From NCBI RefSeq assembly GCF_009914755.1, contig NC_060926.1: 64,000 bases of DNA; one strand, 5' to 3'. Below, piece after piece: positions 25,284-37,786 of this stretch (its first letter is position 1; each line of letters starts with the position of its first letter). A program made the position numbers and the translations under genes. Under the pieces are notes generated by a model, which saw only the letters and a list, made by a program, of their open reading frames with translations, did no database searches and was not told the origin of the DNA. The stretch is from the human T2T-CHM13v2.0 reference genome, Homo sapiens.

Positions 25284-26239
25284 TTAGGTAACCTTTTGAT
25301 CCCCAGTTTTCTTTCCTGCAACTGGGAAGATGGTCTTTATCCAGAGACATCGTCATCAAAGTAAGAACTGCATAGGTTGTGAGAAGTCACACTCAGAAAT
25401 GTTAGCTGTTAAGCTTGACCAGTAGTTGAGGTTTCTGAAAGGAGTGAAGAGAAAGAGAGGGATCAAGATGTGCTAGAGGGGAATGGAGTCAGATGGGACC
25501 ATGCTTATAAATGGGCTGAGTAAATGCCTTGACAAATGTCTTTACTTGAATCATTCTGCCAGAAGTTGTACATTTTGGAATTTATTTATTTTTTTTAATT
25601 TTGATGGTCTTTGGTTTTTTTGGAGAACTTTTAACCGATGGGCACCTGACACCTTAACACACTTAGCAGTGATCGTTGGACCCAAAGCTCTTTTGAGTCT
25701 GAAGATTCCTGAGAAGAATCAAGGGAGGACTGTTCTGGGTTGTCGATAGTGATGATTGGCGTTAAAAGTAAGCTTTGTCTACTTGGCTATTTTGCTAACC
25801 CCAGCTCTAGGAAAGTCCAGGGAGATTCTTCATGGTGGCACCTTCAGTATGATAGATTTACCAATAGGGAGAAATGACCTGACAAACAAATCATTGTAGA
25901 AGTTGGTGTACTAGGATGGAAGTAGTTGTGAGTGCTGGAATTAGCCACCACTCCTTTAAAAAAGGCTCTAAATATTCACATACTCAGGCAACCATGACCG
26001 TCCCTTCCTTACTAAGAAGCTGGCTTCACTACCTCCACTACCTTCACTATTTCTTTTGCCCAAACCCTTTTCCCCAGGCTGAGTAAGGGAATGACTGGAA
26101 GGGACAAAGTAGACTTGGAGGTTGGGGCGGGGGGTGTTTGTGGTTCCTGAAGACAGCCTATTCCTTCCACTTACCTCATTGTAAGGTGAAGAGATAATGA
26201 CCCTTTCTGAGGTTGAGAAAGGACTCAAGTGATGATTCT

Positions 26240-26372
26240 TTTTTGTTTGCTTGTTTTGAGATGGTGTCTCACTATATTGCCCAGGTTGAACTTGAACTTC
26301 TGGCTTCAAACAATCCTCCTGATTCAGCCTTCTCAGTAGCTGGGACTACAGCACATGCCACTGCACCTGGCC
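26240..26372 (-). mobile_element. Free Alu monomer (FLAM-like)
   Basis: gagatggtgtctcactatattgcccagg...ctgcacctggcc. Degenerate TSD aagtgatgattctt / aagagataactctt. Confidence 0.8.
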
Positions 26373-27587
26373 AAGAGATAACTCTTAAGTGTAAGATTGG
26401 ACTGGTAATGGTGGCGGCATTTAACTGTCTCCTTCTCCACCAAATCTCCCCATAAGTTCAGACTGGTGTCTTTCTGTCTCTTCTTGAAAGACACTGAGTT
26501 ACTGGACCATCAGAGCCCCTGATGCTCTCCTGTTTGTGGAGAAAAAGGACACTGTAGAAGACATCCAGTCCTCTTGCTGCTGCCCCACCCAAAGAGGTTT
26601 CTTGGGTGAAGAGACTCTGGTAACAAAAGGCTGGGACAGGGGCTGGTGAGGGATGGGAGGGAAAAGGTCAATGTTCATGCCAAATCTCCCACACCAGGAT
26701 AATAAATGTGTGGGGAAGAAGGGCACTATAGGGAATAAGCAACTTCATAGAGAGTCAGCCTTTGGATGCCTGCCTCACAGAGAGAACCAGTGGTCAGTTC
26801 AGTGTTAATTTGAGGAGTAGAGAAAACCAACCCAGTGGGGCCTGCAACATCCCTATGAGGCCATCCTATGGAGAGACCTCGGCTTCATTTCATCCTCCAG
26901 CTTAAGACTAGAAAGGAAGTGTAGCAGGGAAGAGAAAGGGAGAAGTGGGTAGAGTAGACCCACCCCCAGCCCTAGCCACTAAATCCACCATTCTAGCTTG
27001 CCGTGGGGGCTGCAAAGTAGAGAAGACCTTGAATTAAACATGACATTGAAATTTTAAAGTGAGCAAGACTGAGTAAGGACTCAAAAGAACCCTTCTGATA
27101 ATGGAAACAGAATGAAACACTATGGAATCTGAGTAAGCTATCAGTAATAACTGGAGTATAGAGAAACAGAGAGGATCTGAGAATGAGCAGTTAGGGAAAA
27201 AAATATATGTTTATACCACAACTTGAGACTGCTTACTTATTCAATTACATTGTTATAGAATTGGAGGGCTGAATGGGAGCTTAGAGACCATTTTCCAATT
27301 CTACCCTTTCATTTTACTAAGCTGGCTGTCTACTATCACTCCCATTCTTTCAGAGAATCATTAAAATGAGATTATTTGTGATAATTAGATAATGTAATTA
27401 GAATTGTTTATGATACCAGGGATAGGTAGTGGAGGTTTCTTTCAAGCGTTCATGTTATAGAATAATAATGAGCACACCATTGTCAAGATCTTACAATATC
27501 TTCAATTCTTACAACAGTCTGGGAAGACATGTAGCTATCATTATCACTTCCACCTTAGAGATGAGGAAGCCAAGGCTCACTATTATG

Positions 27588-27590
<3 letters not shown>

Positions 27591-27624
<34 letters not shown>
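27591..27624. repeat. (GT)17 microsatellite
   Basis: Read directly. Confidence 0.95.
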
Positions 27625-27628
<4 letters not shown>

Positions 27629-29074
27629 AGTAGGGTTGGGGGAAGGTATACTTTTACTCTTCATTTTCTTTTGTCTTCCAAACCTGCAACCTGAAAAAAC
27701 GAACAATGATTTCAGAATATATTCATCTGGCTGGAATGGAGCTGAGCAGAAAAACAAAAGTTAAGGTAGTTAAACCCTGGATTGTTTTGCAATAAAAGCA
27801 ACCACCGTTTATTGAGTTAGGTGCATATATGTTATTTCATTTAAGTTGGAAGTAGGAAGGATCTAAGAAAAAGCAATGGATCTGAAGTAGTTGTTTTGGC
27901 ACAACTCCTAGGGCTGGGTTTTGGGCTTCTGACTCTTCAAAACTTACATGTCAGCAACCCCAAGTATTAGTTTCTTGTTGCTGCTGTAATAAGTTGCTAC
28001 AAACTTAGTGGCTTAAAACAGCACAGATTTATTATCTTATAGTTCTAGAGTCATTTATTGTGTTCCTCTGTGCATTGTCAGTGTAATGGGGTATGTATGC
28101 CAGCCTGTATGGCAGTGTAAGATATTAAAATAAGAACAAAGCCCAGTTTTCTTAGCACTGCTTGTATCAAAGTGTGATTTCCATATAAGCTCACATCATA
28201 GGGAATCAGTTGCAATCTGGTTTCATGGATAACAAGACCAGGTTATGGAATATTTTTCATTGCATGAAGCCTGTTAAAAGCCAGAAGAGAAAAGCAATAC
28301 TTTCTGCTGACATTGGGATCAACTGAGAATGTGGTGGGCTTAGTGGTATTAAATAAGATAAAAAGTTGAAATCAAAATTTAAAACTGTCTAGATGTAGAT
28401 ATTAGATATTTATTTACATAAAATGAAAATTCTGAAGTGGATATTTTTGCTGTTCTGAACTTCTTCAAGAAAAATCTGGAGAAAGCAAAACTGTGATTTA
28501 AGTTCTTTACCCACTGTGCCTAATACCTTACTATCTTTTAAAGAATTTGCTTTTTTACAAGCTACAGAAACATTGCTCTGAAGCTTCATATGGACATTAA
28601 AGCTTAACTGTGTTTATCTGATTATGTTTGAAGCCTTTCTGTATTCTTATTAATGGTTTCAATTTTGATATTTAGGTCTTACATTTGAAAATGGCTTAAG
28701 CATTTTAAAGATCAAGTAGATGATTAAGGTAGATTATTTGTCTTGTCCCTGTAAGGATCACGGTGCTATAACCCACAAGGACTGTCTTTGTAGTTTTCTT
28801 CAAGTTCTCTTTTTTCCCCCTATCATTTGGGTCTTTTCCTTTATAAACCATTCTGTTTTTCAGTGTTCAGGAAGTATATCACTGGTGGTGGTACTCAGCC
28901 CTCCAAAGTATTGTTTGCTTTAGATAGTTGGCTTGATCTACATCTGAACTTAAAATTTCACTATAAAAATCTTTTTTAAAGGAGGAATTTAGCTGAGAAT
29001 ATTTATACATGAACTTCTGAGCTTTTGAAGTGAAGAGGTCCACTCTCCATATTTATAAATACTTTCATCTGATG

Positions 29075-29500
29075 GGAGGCTATGTCGCTCTGACAAAGAG
29101 ATCCCTGCACATAGTGGCTCAAACAAGATAGTTTATTTCTTTAATAAGCAACACTAAGCAGGTTATTACAAATCAGGTAGGTGTCTCTGCTCCGTAAAGT
29201 AATTCAGGGATCCAGATTTTTTGCTCTTCTTTTTGGGCCACCCCTTAAGATGTTGGCTTGTCCCTTTGATGAAAATGGCCTATCACCACATTTGCCTTCT
29301 ATTTCATAAGAAGGGGGATGAGGAAAGTGGAGAGCAATTAGTTTCTTTTTAAGGAAGTGACCCATAAGTTTCACATGCCACTTCTGTTCATATCCCACTG
29401 GCCCATTGGCCCAGTGGTCATATGGCCATACCCAGCTGCAAAGAAGGCTGGAAAATGTAGTCTTTATCAGGATGGCCATGTGCTTAGGTAGAGATTAGGA
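29075..29500 (-). mobile_element. MLT1-type MaLR LTR
   Basis: agtggctcaaacaagatagtttatttct...attcagggatccag...cattggcc...gtcatatggccatacccagctgcaaagaaggctggaaaatgtagtcttta. Confidence 0.7.
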
Positions 29501-30199
29501 GATTCTATTGGTAAAATGAACAAGAGGAGACTGTAAGTTTTTGTTAAGGTTAAAACAGTTAGTCGTGGGATATATTCTTAATTTGGAGAAGGGACCAAAG
29601 TGTTTTGTAATAGGAGGGAATCAGACATTATTCTGTTTTGGGGTTCACATTGTTTAACCTGGTTAGGAAAATTGACCAGAACACGGCTCATGTGCTACTA
29701 GGGTCTGTCTGTATGAGCCAGTTGGCTTCAAAATGATGTCTCACAGACATGGACTGCACTTTTTATCCTGACTTTCAAATGTATACCATATGTGAATCAT
29801 AGATAAACTCCAAGCAAGAACAACTTAGGATGCCTTGAGTAACTGTTGTGTGCCACATGCTGTCTGAAAGATCCTGTGGTGAACTTTTAGGAGAGCCTTT
29901 GGAGGTCATTTTGCAGTTAACCACACTAGGGCAGGAACCCTTCTAGATGTGCAGAATTTGCTTCCAGTCAGCAGGGAGTTGCCTCCCTTACTAGGGAGCC
30001 AATTTCATTTTCAGTCTGCTTTTGTCGTTTGAAAAAATTCTTACGTTGAGCCCAAATCAAGTTATTCTCTGACACTTTCCTTAGGCAGTCCTATTTCTAC
30101 CTTCAGGAGCTATAAAGAGTAAGTTTAAGTTCTCACATGACAGCTCTTGACATATTTGAAGGGAGTTACGTGGGTGTCTCCTCCCACACTCCCACTATA

Positions 30200-30390
30200 A
30201 TAAATAACCCCTGACATTTATTGGGTGCTTACCATGTTCCAGACACTGTTCTAAGCACTTTACGTGTATTAACTCTTACCAATTCTTACTAGTCTTATGA
30301 AGTAGGGACTGTCTACCCCATTTCATGGATGAGGAAGTTGCAGCACAGACAGGTTAAGTATTTGCCCAGATTCACACAGTAAGTGGCATG
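30200..30390 (-). mobile_element. MIR SINE
   Basis: acatttattgggtgcttaccatgttccagacactgttctaagcacttta...gatgaggaa...ggttaagtatttgcccag. Confidence 0.75.
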
Positions 30391-30782
30391 TTCTGATTTG
30401 TCAGTGTTTCATTTGAAATGGTGTTCCTAGGCCTCAACACTGGTTGCTATGCCAGATGCACTGTGGTCCACTGTAGTGGGCTGTTTTACCTTCCTTCTTT
30501 TGGATCCTGTATTTCTACAAATGTAACCATCAGGAGAATTGTTTTTCTGGAAAAAAATACATATTCCATTGACCACAGTTCAGCAAAGTTGTCTTTATAT
30601 TAAGACACTATGCTCCTGAATTTGAGAGGATATGATGAGTTCACCAAAGGTAGGCTTGATATGGCAGCTGGATTCAATTTAATATGATGTATAAAGCCGT
30701 TGTACTTTTCTTCAATAGGGAAGCAATTATAGGTAAAAATCATAGGTAAAAAATCAGTTAAAAATGATTTTCTATTTTTCCT

Positions 30783-30892
30783 TTTAAGAGATGGGCTCTC
30801 CAGGCTGGTCTTGAACTCCTGGGCTCAAGTGATCCTCCCATCTTGGCCTCCCAAAGTGGTGGGATTACAGGCATGTACCACTGCCCCCAGCT
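30783..30892 (-). mobile_element. FLAM_C-like Alu monomer
   Basis: ccaggctggtcttgaactcctgggctcaagtgatcctcccatcttggcctcccaaagtg. Confidence 0.8.
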
Positions 30893-32155
30893 TAAAGATA
30901 ATTTTCTTAATAACTATGTGAAACAGTAGAAATAAATTAGGGATTAGGAGAATGGCTAGAAGTTTCTAGAATTAAGTGCTAGATCTAAGAGGTGGTATAG
31001 CACTACCATTAAAAGGCCCTAGAATTGGACTGCCAGAATTGGAATACTGATTGTCTCTCTCTCTATATATATATGTGGTTGGTGGTTTTTGGGAGGATTT
31101 AAATGAGAGAATTCATGTAGAGTGCTTACCTAAATGGTTGATACAAGGTAGATAGTCAATGAATGTTAATTATTATTATTTGGAAATAGGAAAATAAAAT
31201 CTGAGGCTAGTTTTGAAAGAATTGTCAGGACTTCTCAGATATGAAGAAATAAAGAAATAGTAATTCTTAAGACTTTGATCATAGAGGGCTTTGAATAAAA
31301 TGGTATGTTTGAGTCATGGAGCAAACCTTGTCTTTTGGCTGCCATATCTAACCAGGTTGGAGTTGTGATGGTCATCTTTCTGGTAGATGGGGCAGTTCCA
31401 GTGTCTCTGTTCATATTGGTCATCATTGATTTTCTCTAATTTCTTGCAGTATTACAAAGAAAAATGCCCAGAAACTTTGATTTGAGTTGATATAGTAAGT
31501 AGTTACTTGTTTTACGCTTCAAATTTCTTCCAAAAAAGTTCTGTAAACCACTCCTCAGTATGTATAATTGTCACTCTCTCTGTTCTTTCTTGACAAACAA
31601 AAGCACAATTTTTACGAAAGGGTCAAGTTTGTTTAAAAGTGGTCTCCACTTTCCTCAAATTCTAGAGTAAAAGAATGAGCTATATATGAATTTAGCATAG
31701 CTCAATTTAATTCAGCAAATGATTTTTAAGTACTTACAGAATTTGACACTATATTGTGTCCTTGGTTTTGATATATTTGTGTCCTTGGTTTTGGTCATTC
31801 TTTTATCTAAAATTTCATATTAATGAACAATATATAATGGTTTTTTTTCCTTGCTTCAAGTTGATTGAAATTTTAGAAAAGTCCTCATAATTCTCATCTT
31901 GACACAAACTCAGACTTAAGAGACACCTAAAACTCTGTGAAGGCATCTGTTAGAATAACTTTCTTAACTTGTCCAAACTGATTGCACCTTACAATTCAAT
32001 GACATCTTTGAATTTTGCTTTTTACTGAGCAAAAGTCCTGTTACAGCTGATGACTTCATACTCCTTTTTTTTTTCACCCTGGAATTATGGCCATTTTGGT
32101 AAAATTTGTGCTATATGCAAAACGTGAATGAAAACTTAAGTATTTAAAAAATCAG

Positions 32156-32581
<426 letters not shown>

Positions 32582-34489
32582 TTAAATAAGTAATGACTGG
32601 TCTTAAAATAAAACCTTAAAATTAAGGAAAGGGGTGAACCATAAAATTGGCAGCTATTACTCATTTTATTATAAGTAATAATTTGGTTAAGGAAGCAATA
32701 TTGCCTTTTTTTTCTGCAGGTTTTTTGACCAAGCATGCTGAAAATCAGAGGTGTCTCTGGTTTTTTGCCTTAGGTGTTTGTCACCTGCCAGGTTCTCGTG
32801 GGTAAGACACAAGTCAGTGGGTGGAGGAGGATATAATGAATATAACATTTTTCTGCTTCTTTCTTTATACCTATTAGATTTAAACATAGCTTTCTTTATG
32901 AAAGCATTCTGAAAGAATTGGAATTTTGGCTGTAATCTTTGTGCAAGCCAATCATGGATTCACTCTGAAATTCAGCTGCCGTATGACACTGGACCCAGTC
33001 CTAGTACCACAGTAAAATGGAGCCAGTGTTCCTGGAAGTTTTAAGGCTACAAGCTCTTTCAGTAGAAGGCATAGGCAGTATTCTTTTAGCTAATCAGCTA
33101 TAACCTTGATTTTCACAAGGATGATATAAGTTAGAAACTATCCTATAAACAGTGGGAAATTACAGTGTCTCCTACCAATTCCATGAAGAAAGGGACCACA
33201 TTTTAGACTTTTCTTGCATCTTCTGTAGCTCCTACTAAGTGCTAAGCATGTACTTGATTTATCTCCCATCTCTCACCCAAACTAAACCAAGACAACTCAT
33301 TCTCTTCTACCTTCCTTAAGGGAATCTTGCCCTGAGTTAATGTAGTCTACCATTGCTAGGTTCGCTTTCCTTAACAGGAACTTAAGTCTTTGAGAGACAG
33401 CGTGGGCAGGTAAGAGGACACAGATTTGAGAATTTGATCTGGGATCCTGGAATCTCATTTTTGCTACTTTCTAACTGTGTGATCATAAAATTTTTCCTGA
33501 GCCTCAGTTTCTTCATTGGTAAAATGGGAATTTTAATGCCTATCCCACAAGTTTGCCATAAGGCTTGCAGGTGAATAATGCAATATATCTGTTATATATT
33601 TTAGAAATATTTTAGGCTGTGCCTAAAAAAATGGACTTGACAATCCATTTATCTAGCAGTTCCTCTAATAAAGACACTGTCCATTGGCTACTAATGAAAA
33701 GTCGGTAATTCACTACATAATTTTACGACAGGGTCTATATACTTTCCTAGCAGTTGTACCTGCCAGTATTTCCTTCTCGGAGGCTTTTCACTGAGCCTCA
33801 CAACAGCAGTGGACTGGTGTATGAGAAGCAGTCCTATCGGCTGCCGCTATCTCTTAATCAAACCATGTATGACATGTATTTAGTCAGACTACCCATCTGC
33901 TATCTTGAGATACCTCGTTCACAATAGCATAAGTGAATGTTTGTGAATATGGACCACATCTGGCATGGGTGGCCTATCATCTACCTACGCTTCATCCTGT
34001 GAGATACAACTAAAATGAAAACAATGTTCTTTAGGTGATTATATATAAAGGAATTTCTTAGTTCTGATAGATTTTGACTCTTTCCTTCAAATATTGAAAA
34101 TTGAGTTGATATATAATTGATTTATATGTGAAGATGAGGAAGAATGTGGACCTTTTCTCTTACTATTTAATGTTTTATGTTAAATCTTTAAATGTATGCT
34201 TAATATCTCTGTTGTGGATCCAAGGCCATTGAAATTTAACTCTACTAACAGCCTTTTTGGCAATGCTAATCAATTCTTTTTACACTATAATACATTTGGC
34301 AAAGTTACTTTTAATGACCGATTCGTTCATTCATCTGTTCATTGATGCTTCTAGCATTCATGACAAGACTATATTTGCAATATAGAGATTCGAAGGTGAG
34401 GCAGACATGCACAATACCCAATGTATTAAAACTATAAGCCCAAATAGAATATAGGTGCTGTAACAGAAGTATAGTATAGAGCTGAGCTC

Positions 34490-34990
34490 CAAGCCAGGTG
34501 CTTAAAAATGTTTATTGAATGAGTGAATATACCTAGGCCTGGATATCTGTTTGCTGGATATTTCCAAGTTCCTAGATTTTTCCTTCTCGTTTTTCATCTC
34601 ATGAATAGCACCACTATCCTCAGTTGCCCTTGCTAGCAATCTGGATGTCATCTTTGTCTCCTTTTTCCCCTCTTCTATCATATCCAATGTATCACCATGT
34701 TTTCTTGGGTCTACCTACTAAATAGTTCTCACTGCTACACTAGTTCAGGCCACTAGCTTGGCCTGTATCATTGTGGCATCTTCCCACATGGTAGTTCTGC
34801 CTCCAGCCATTTTCTTTTGCCTGATTAATTCTCCAGAGTAGTAGCTAGAGTATTATTTCTAAATGGCAAATCCAACTGCATCATTTTCTTCCTTAAAAGT
34901 TTTTGATGACTTCTCATTGTCCTAGGAATAATGTGCAAATCCCTTTACGTGGGTCAGGAGGCCCAGTGCAATGTGGAGCCCGCTTTTTCT
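34490..34990. mobile_element. L2 fragments
   Basis: aaatgtttattgaatgagtgaat and gcaccactatcctcagttgc...gtcatctttgtctcc motifs. Confidence 0.6.
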
Positions 34991-36734
34991 TCCAGTTCCA
35001 ATTCCTACCACTTCCTACTTCTCACATTCCAGTTTATGAGATGACACTGTGTGTATATATGCATATAAATATATATGTGTATATATATATATAGGCATAG
35101 TGCCCTGCTCATAGTTGCTCAATATATGTTGGCTATTCTTATTTTTCTAAATGTGCTTTCTTCGAAACTGGCACAGCTGGGAAAAATGTTTTTAGGAGCA
35201 TTAAACAAGGGAGATTGGAAGAGAGAGAAGCTCAGAGTCGACAAGAGGATATAATCTAGGTGTTGTCAACAAAGTGGATATCATGATAAAGGTTAAAAAA
35301 TAATTAAATCCATTCAACTTTTGAAAAACGTATTTTTGGGTTGGTTTTGAAAAATAATTCAGTGTAGCATTAAAAAAGTACTCTGTTGGATCTTAAATTT
35401 ATCATTTCCTGAGATTATGATCTAGTTTAGAAAAGTTGCCAGATATTCGCTCTTCAAGATTTACATTGTTTTCCAAAGTCCCCCAAATGGTCATAGCACT
35501 GTTGTTAAGTGTTCAGTTGGCTACAGAATTTCCTTAAATTGTGATTTTTAGTCAATGGAATATGATGACTCACAGGGAATGTAACTGTTTTCTGTTTTAG
35601 CTTACTGATCTTTATCTTAACATGGTCAAGAGTCTATGTTTCTATTACTCTCACAGATTAGCAAATATGTTTTTTTATAAGACATGAAATAAAATATCAT
35701 TTTGCTAACTTTTTATTGTCTAGTATTACAAATACTGTTGATAACTTGAGATTGAATCATTTAGGTCATGTTTTAGAGATGAATAGAAAAAAGTTTGTTA
35801 TTATAGTTTTTCTTTTTCTTTTTATAATTTGGGTTGGAAGATTCATTTTCATTAGTTTGGAGTAAATAGATCTTTTGTAAATATCAGTATTTCACTGGTG
35901 TTTATATTAATTGTGTTTTATTTGATAAAACCATTTGCAAGAGGTTGGTTGGTTCACGGGATAACTGTTGTCAAATTGCTTTGAAATAGTATAAATGCCA
36001 CATAGAAAACTTATATTATTGAGACGTTTTGATGATCAAAATTACCTTTGAGTTCAAAACTTGTTTTACTAACAGTAAAAAGCACAAAACATTTTATTTA
36101 ATGTCTTTGTGATTTTAAATTGTAGTCAAAGTTTTGATTTTTTGCTAATTCATATATCTATATTAGATTACAGAATTGTTATTTAACATAGGATTTAAAA
36201 ATTCTTATGCTTGGATTATTATAATTTAACAATCAAGTGTGGCTTTTGAAAAAATATTCAATAATGCTAATTTTGAAGTTTAGAACAAATCTTTTAAAAC
36301 TTATACCTTTGCAATGTCAAAGGAAATTTTGTAAAAGTATCCATATAGTGATGTGAAATATGCTTATGTGGGCAGAAACTTGATTGCTGAGATCAATTTT
36401 ATAATTGTATACATAAATCCATAATCGAATATTCCAGTCATTGCCATTTGGGTAAAAGCAAATACTAAAAGCTGTTATGTCCCCTTAGGAAACATATCAA
36501 GAACAGATTGAAACAGAATGTCTTTAACTGTCTTAAAACAATTCCATAAATGGTTACCACTTTAACTCAAAAGTTAGGAATCCTCTTGAATCCATTGCAG
36601 TTCTTTACACAGGCTGCCAGCTGATTGTGTAATTACATGCCATATAGCACAAAGCATGATTTATGACACTATTGTTATGGTGTGCTTACTAAAAATAATG
36701 AAAAATAGTAAGTATAGTATTAGCAGAGTTGCTG

Positions 36735-36898
36735 TAGGTGGTTGCCAGACAAAATGCAAGGCATGCAGTCAAATTTGCATTCCAGATAAACAGTACATAA
36801 GTTTTTAGTACAATTTAGGCAAAATTATTTATTGTTTATTTAAAATTCAAATTTAAGTGAGCATCCTGTGTTTTTATTTGTTAAATCTGGCAACCCTA
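36735..36898. mobile_element. MER53 hAT MITE (palindromic, centre deleted)
   Basis: Inverted ends ggttgccaga...tctggcaaccct and internal inverted arms (aaatttgcattccagataaaca / tgtttatttaaaattcaaattt). Confidence 0.8.
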
Positions 36899-37786
36899 GC
36901 TGTATGTGATTGGGTAGACTATAGGTAATAGTAAAGAAACAGATTTTTCTAATGAAACAGAATTTCTTCCCTAAGTTCCTCCAGAATCAAATAAAGAATA
37001 TCTTGGTTACCCAGCTAGTAAATCATATTTGAAGCTAGTACGTGAACTTAGAGAGCTAGCTTTAAGAGCCGTGCCCTATCACCACCTCTCATATTGGTGT
37101 TTGTGAAATTAAAAGTAATTCAATTGCAACATTACACACTATTTCATACTGTATTATGTTGAATTTATGCATCGTTAAAATTATTAAAATCCATTTTTAA
37201 ATTTTATGTTAAGAAATTAACTTATTTAATAAATTAATTTTCTTCTTTTTAAAAGAGGCATTTTTGATGAGAATTTTCAAAAAACATGTAGATTTTTGCT
37301 GTTCTATTATAAGTAGTATTCATTAGTTTCACCAAATGTTTTTGTTTGCTTTATGATTAATAGTGATTTGCCTTTCATTTTCTTGTTAAGGCTGAATTAC
37401 TGTGTTTGTGCTATGCAACTGGGAAGCAGCCATAGTTTGGAGTGGCACATTGCTCTGGTTGTTTCTTTAGCTTGGCTGGCCTTGGTCTCTTCTGCTGTAG
37501 CCATCAGTCATCCAGTGCTCTTTGCATGCTATGGGACATATTTTTTCCCATGAGTGACAGTGGTTGCCTTTTATGACTTAGCCCTCATTAATAATTAGGC
37601 AGGGATTACATATGAAATCTTGTAATAATTCATGATCTACATTTACTCATTTACAAGTATAAATAAATGAAATCTAACAGTCACAAAATACCTTGAAACT
37701 GGAACCTCTTAAATATAAAGATGAAAACATCACATCGTAAGCCCCATTAGTTAAAAATATGCTTTTGAGAATGGTTAAAATGACTT

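Noticed and set aside
26460-27110. Purine-rich segment that may be an ancient LTR
   Set aside because: Too degenerate to assign a family or ends by eye; needs a Dfam HMM search.
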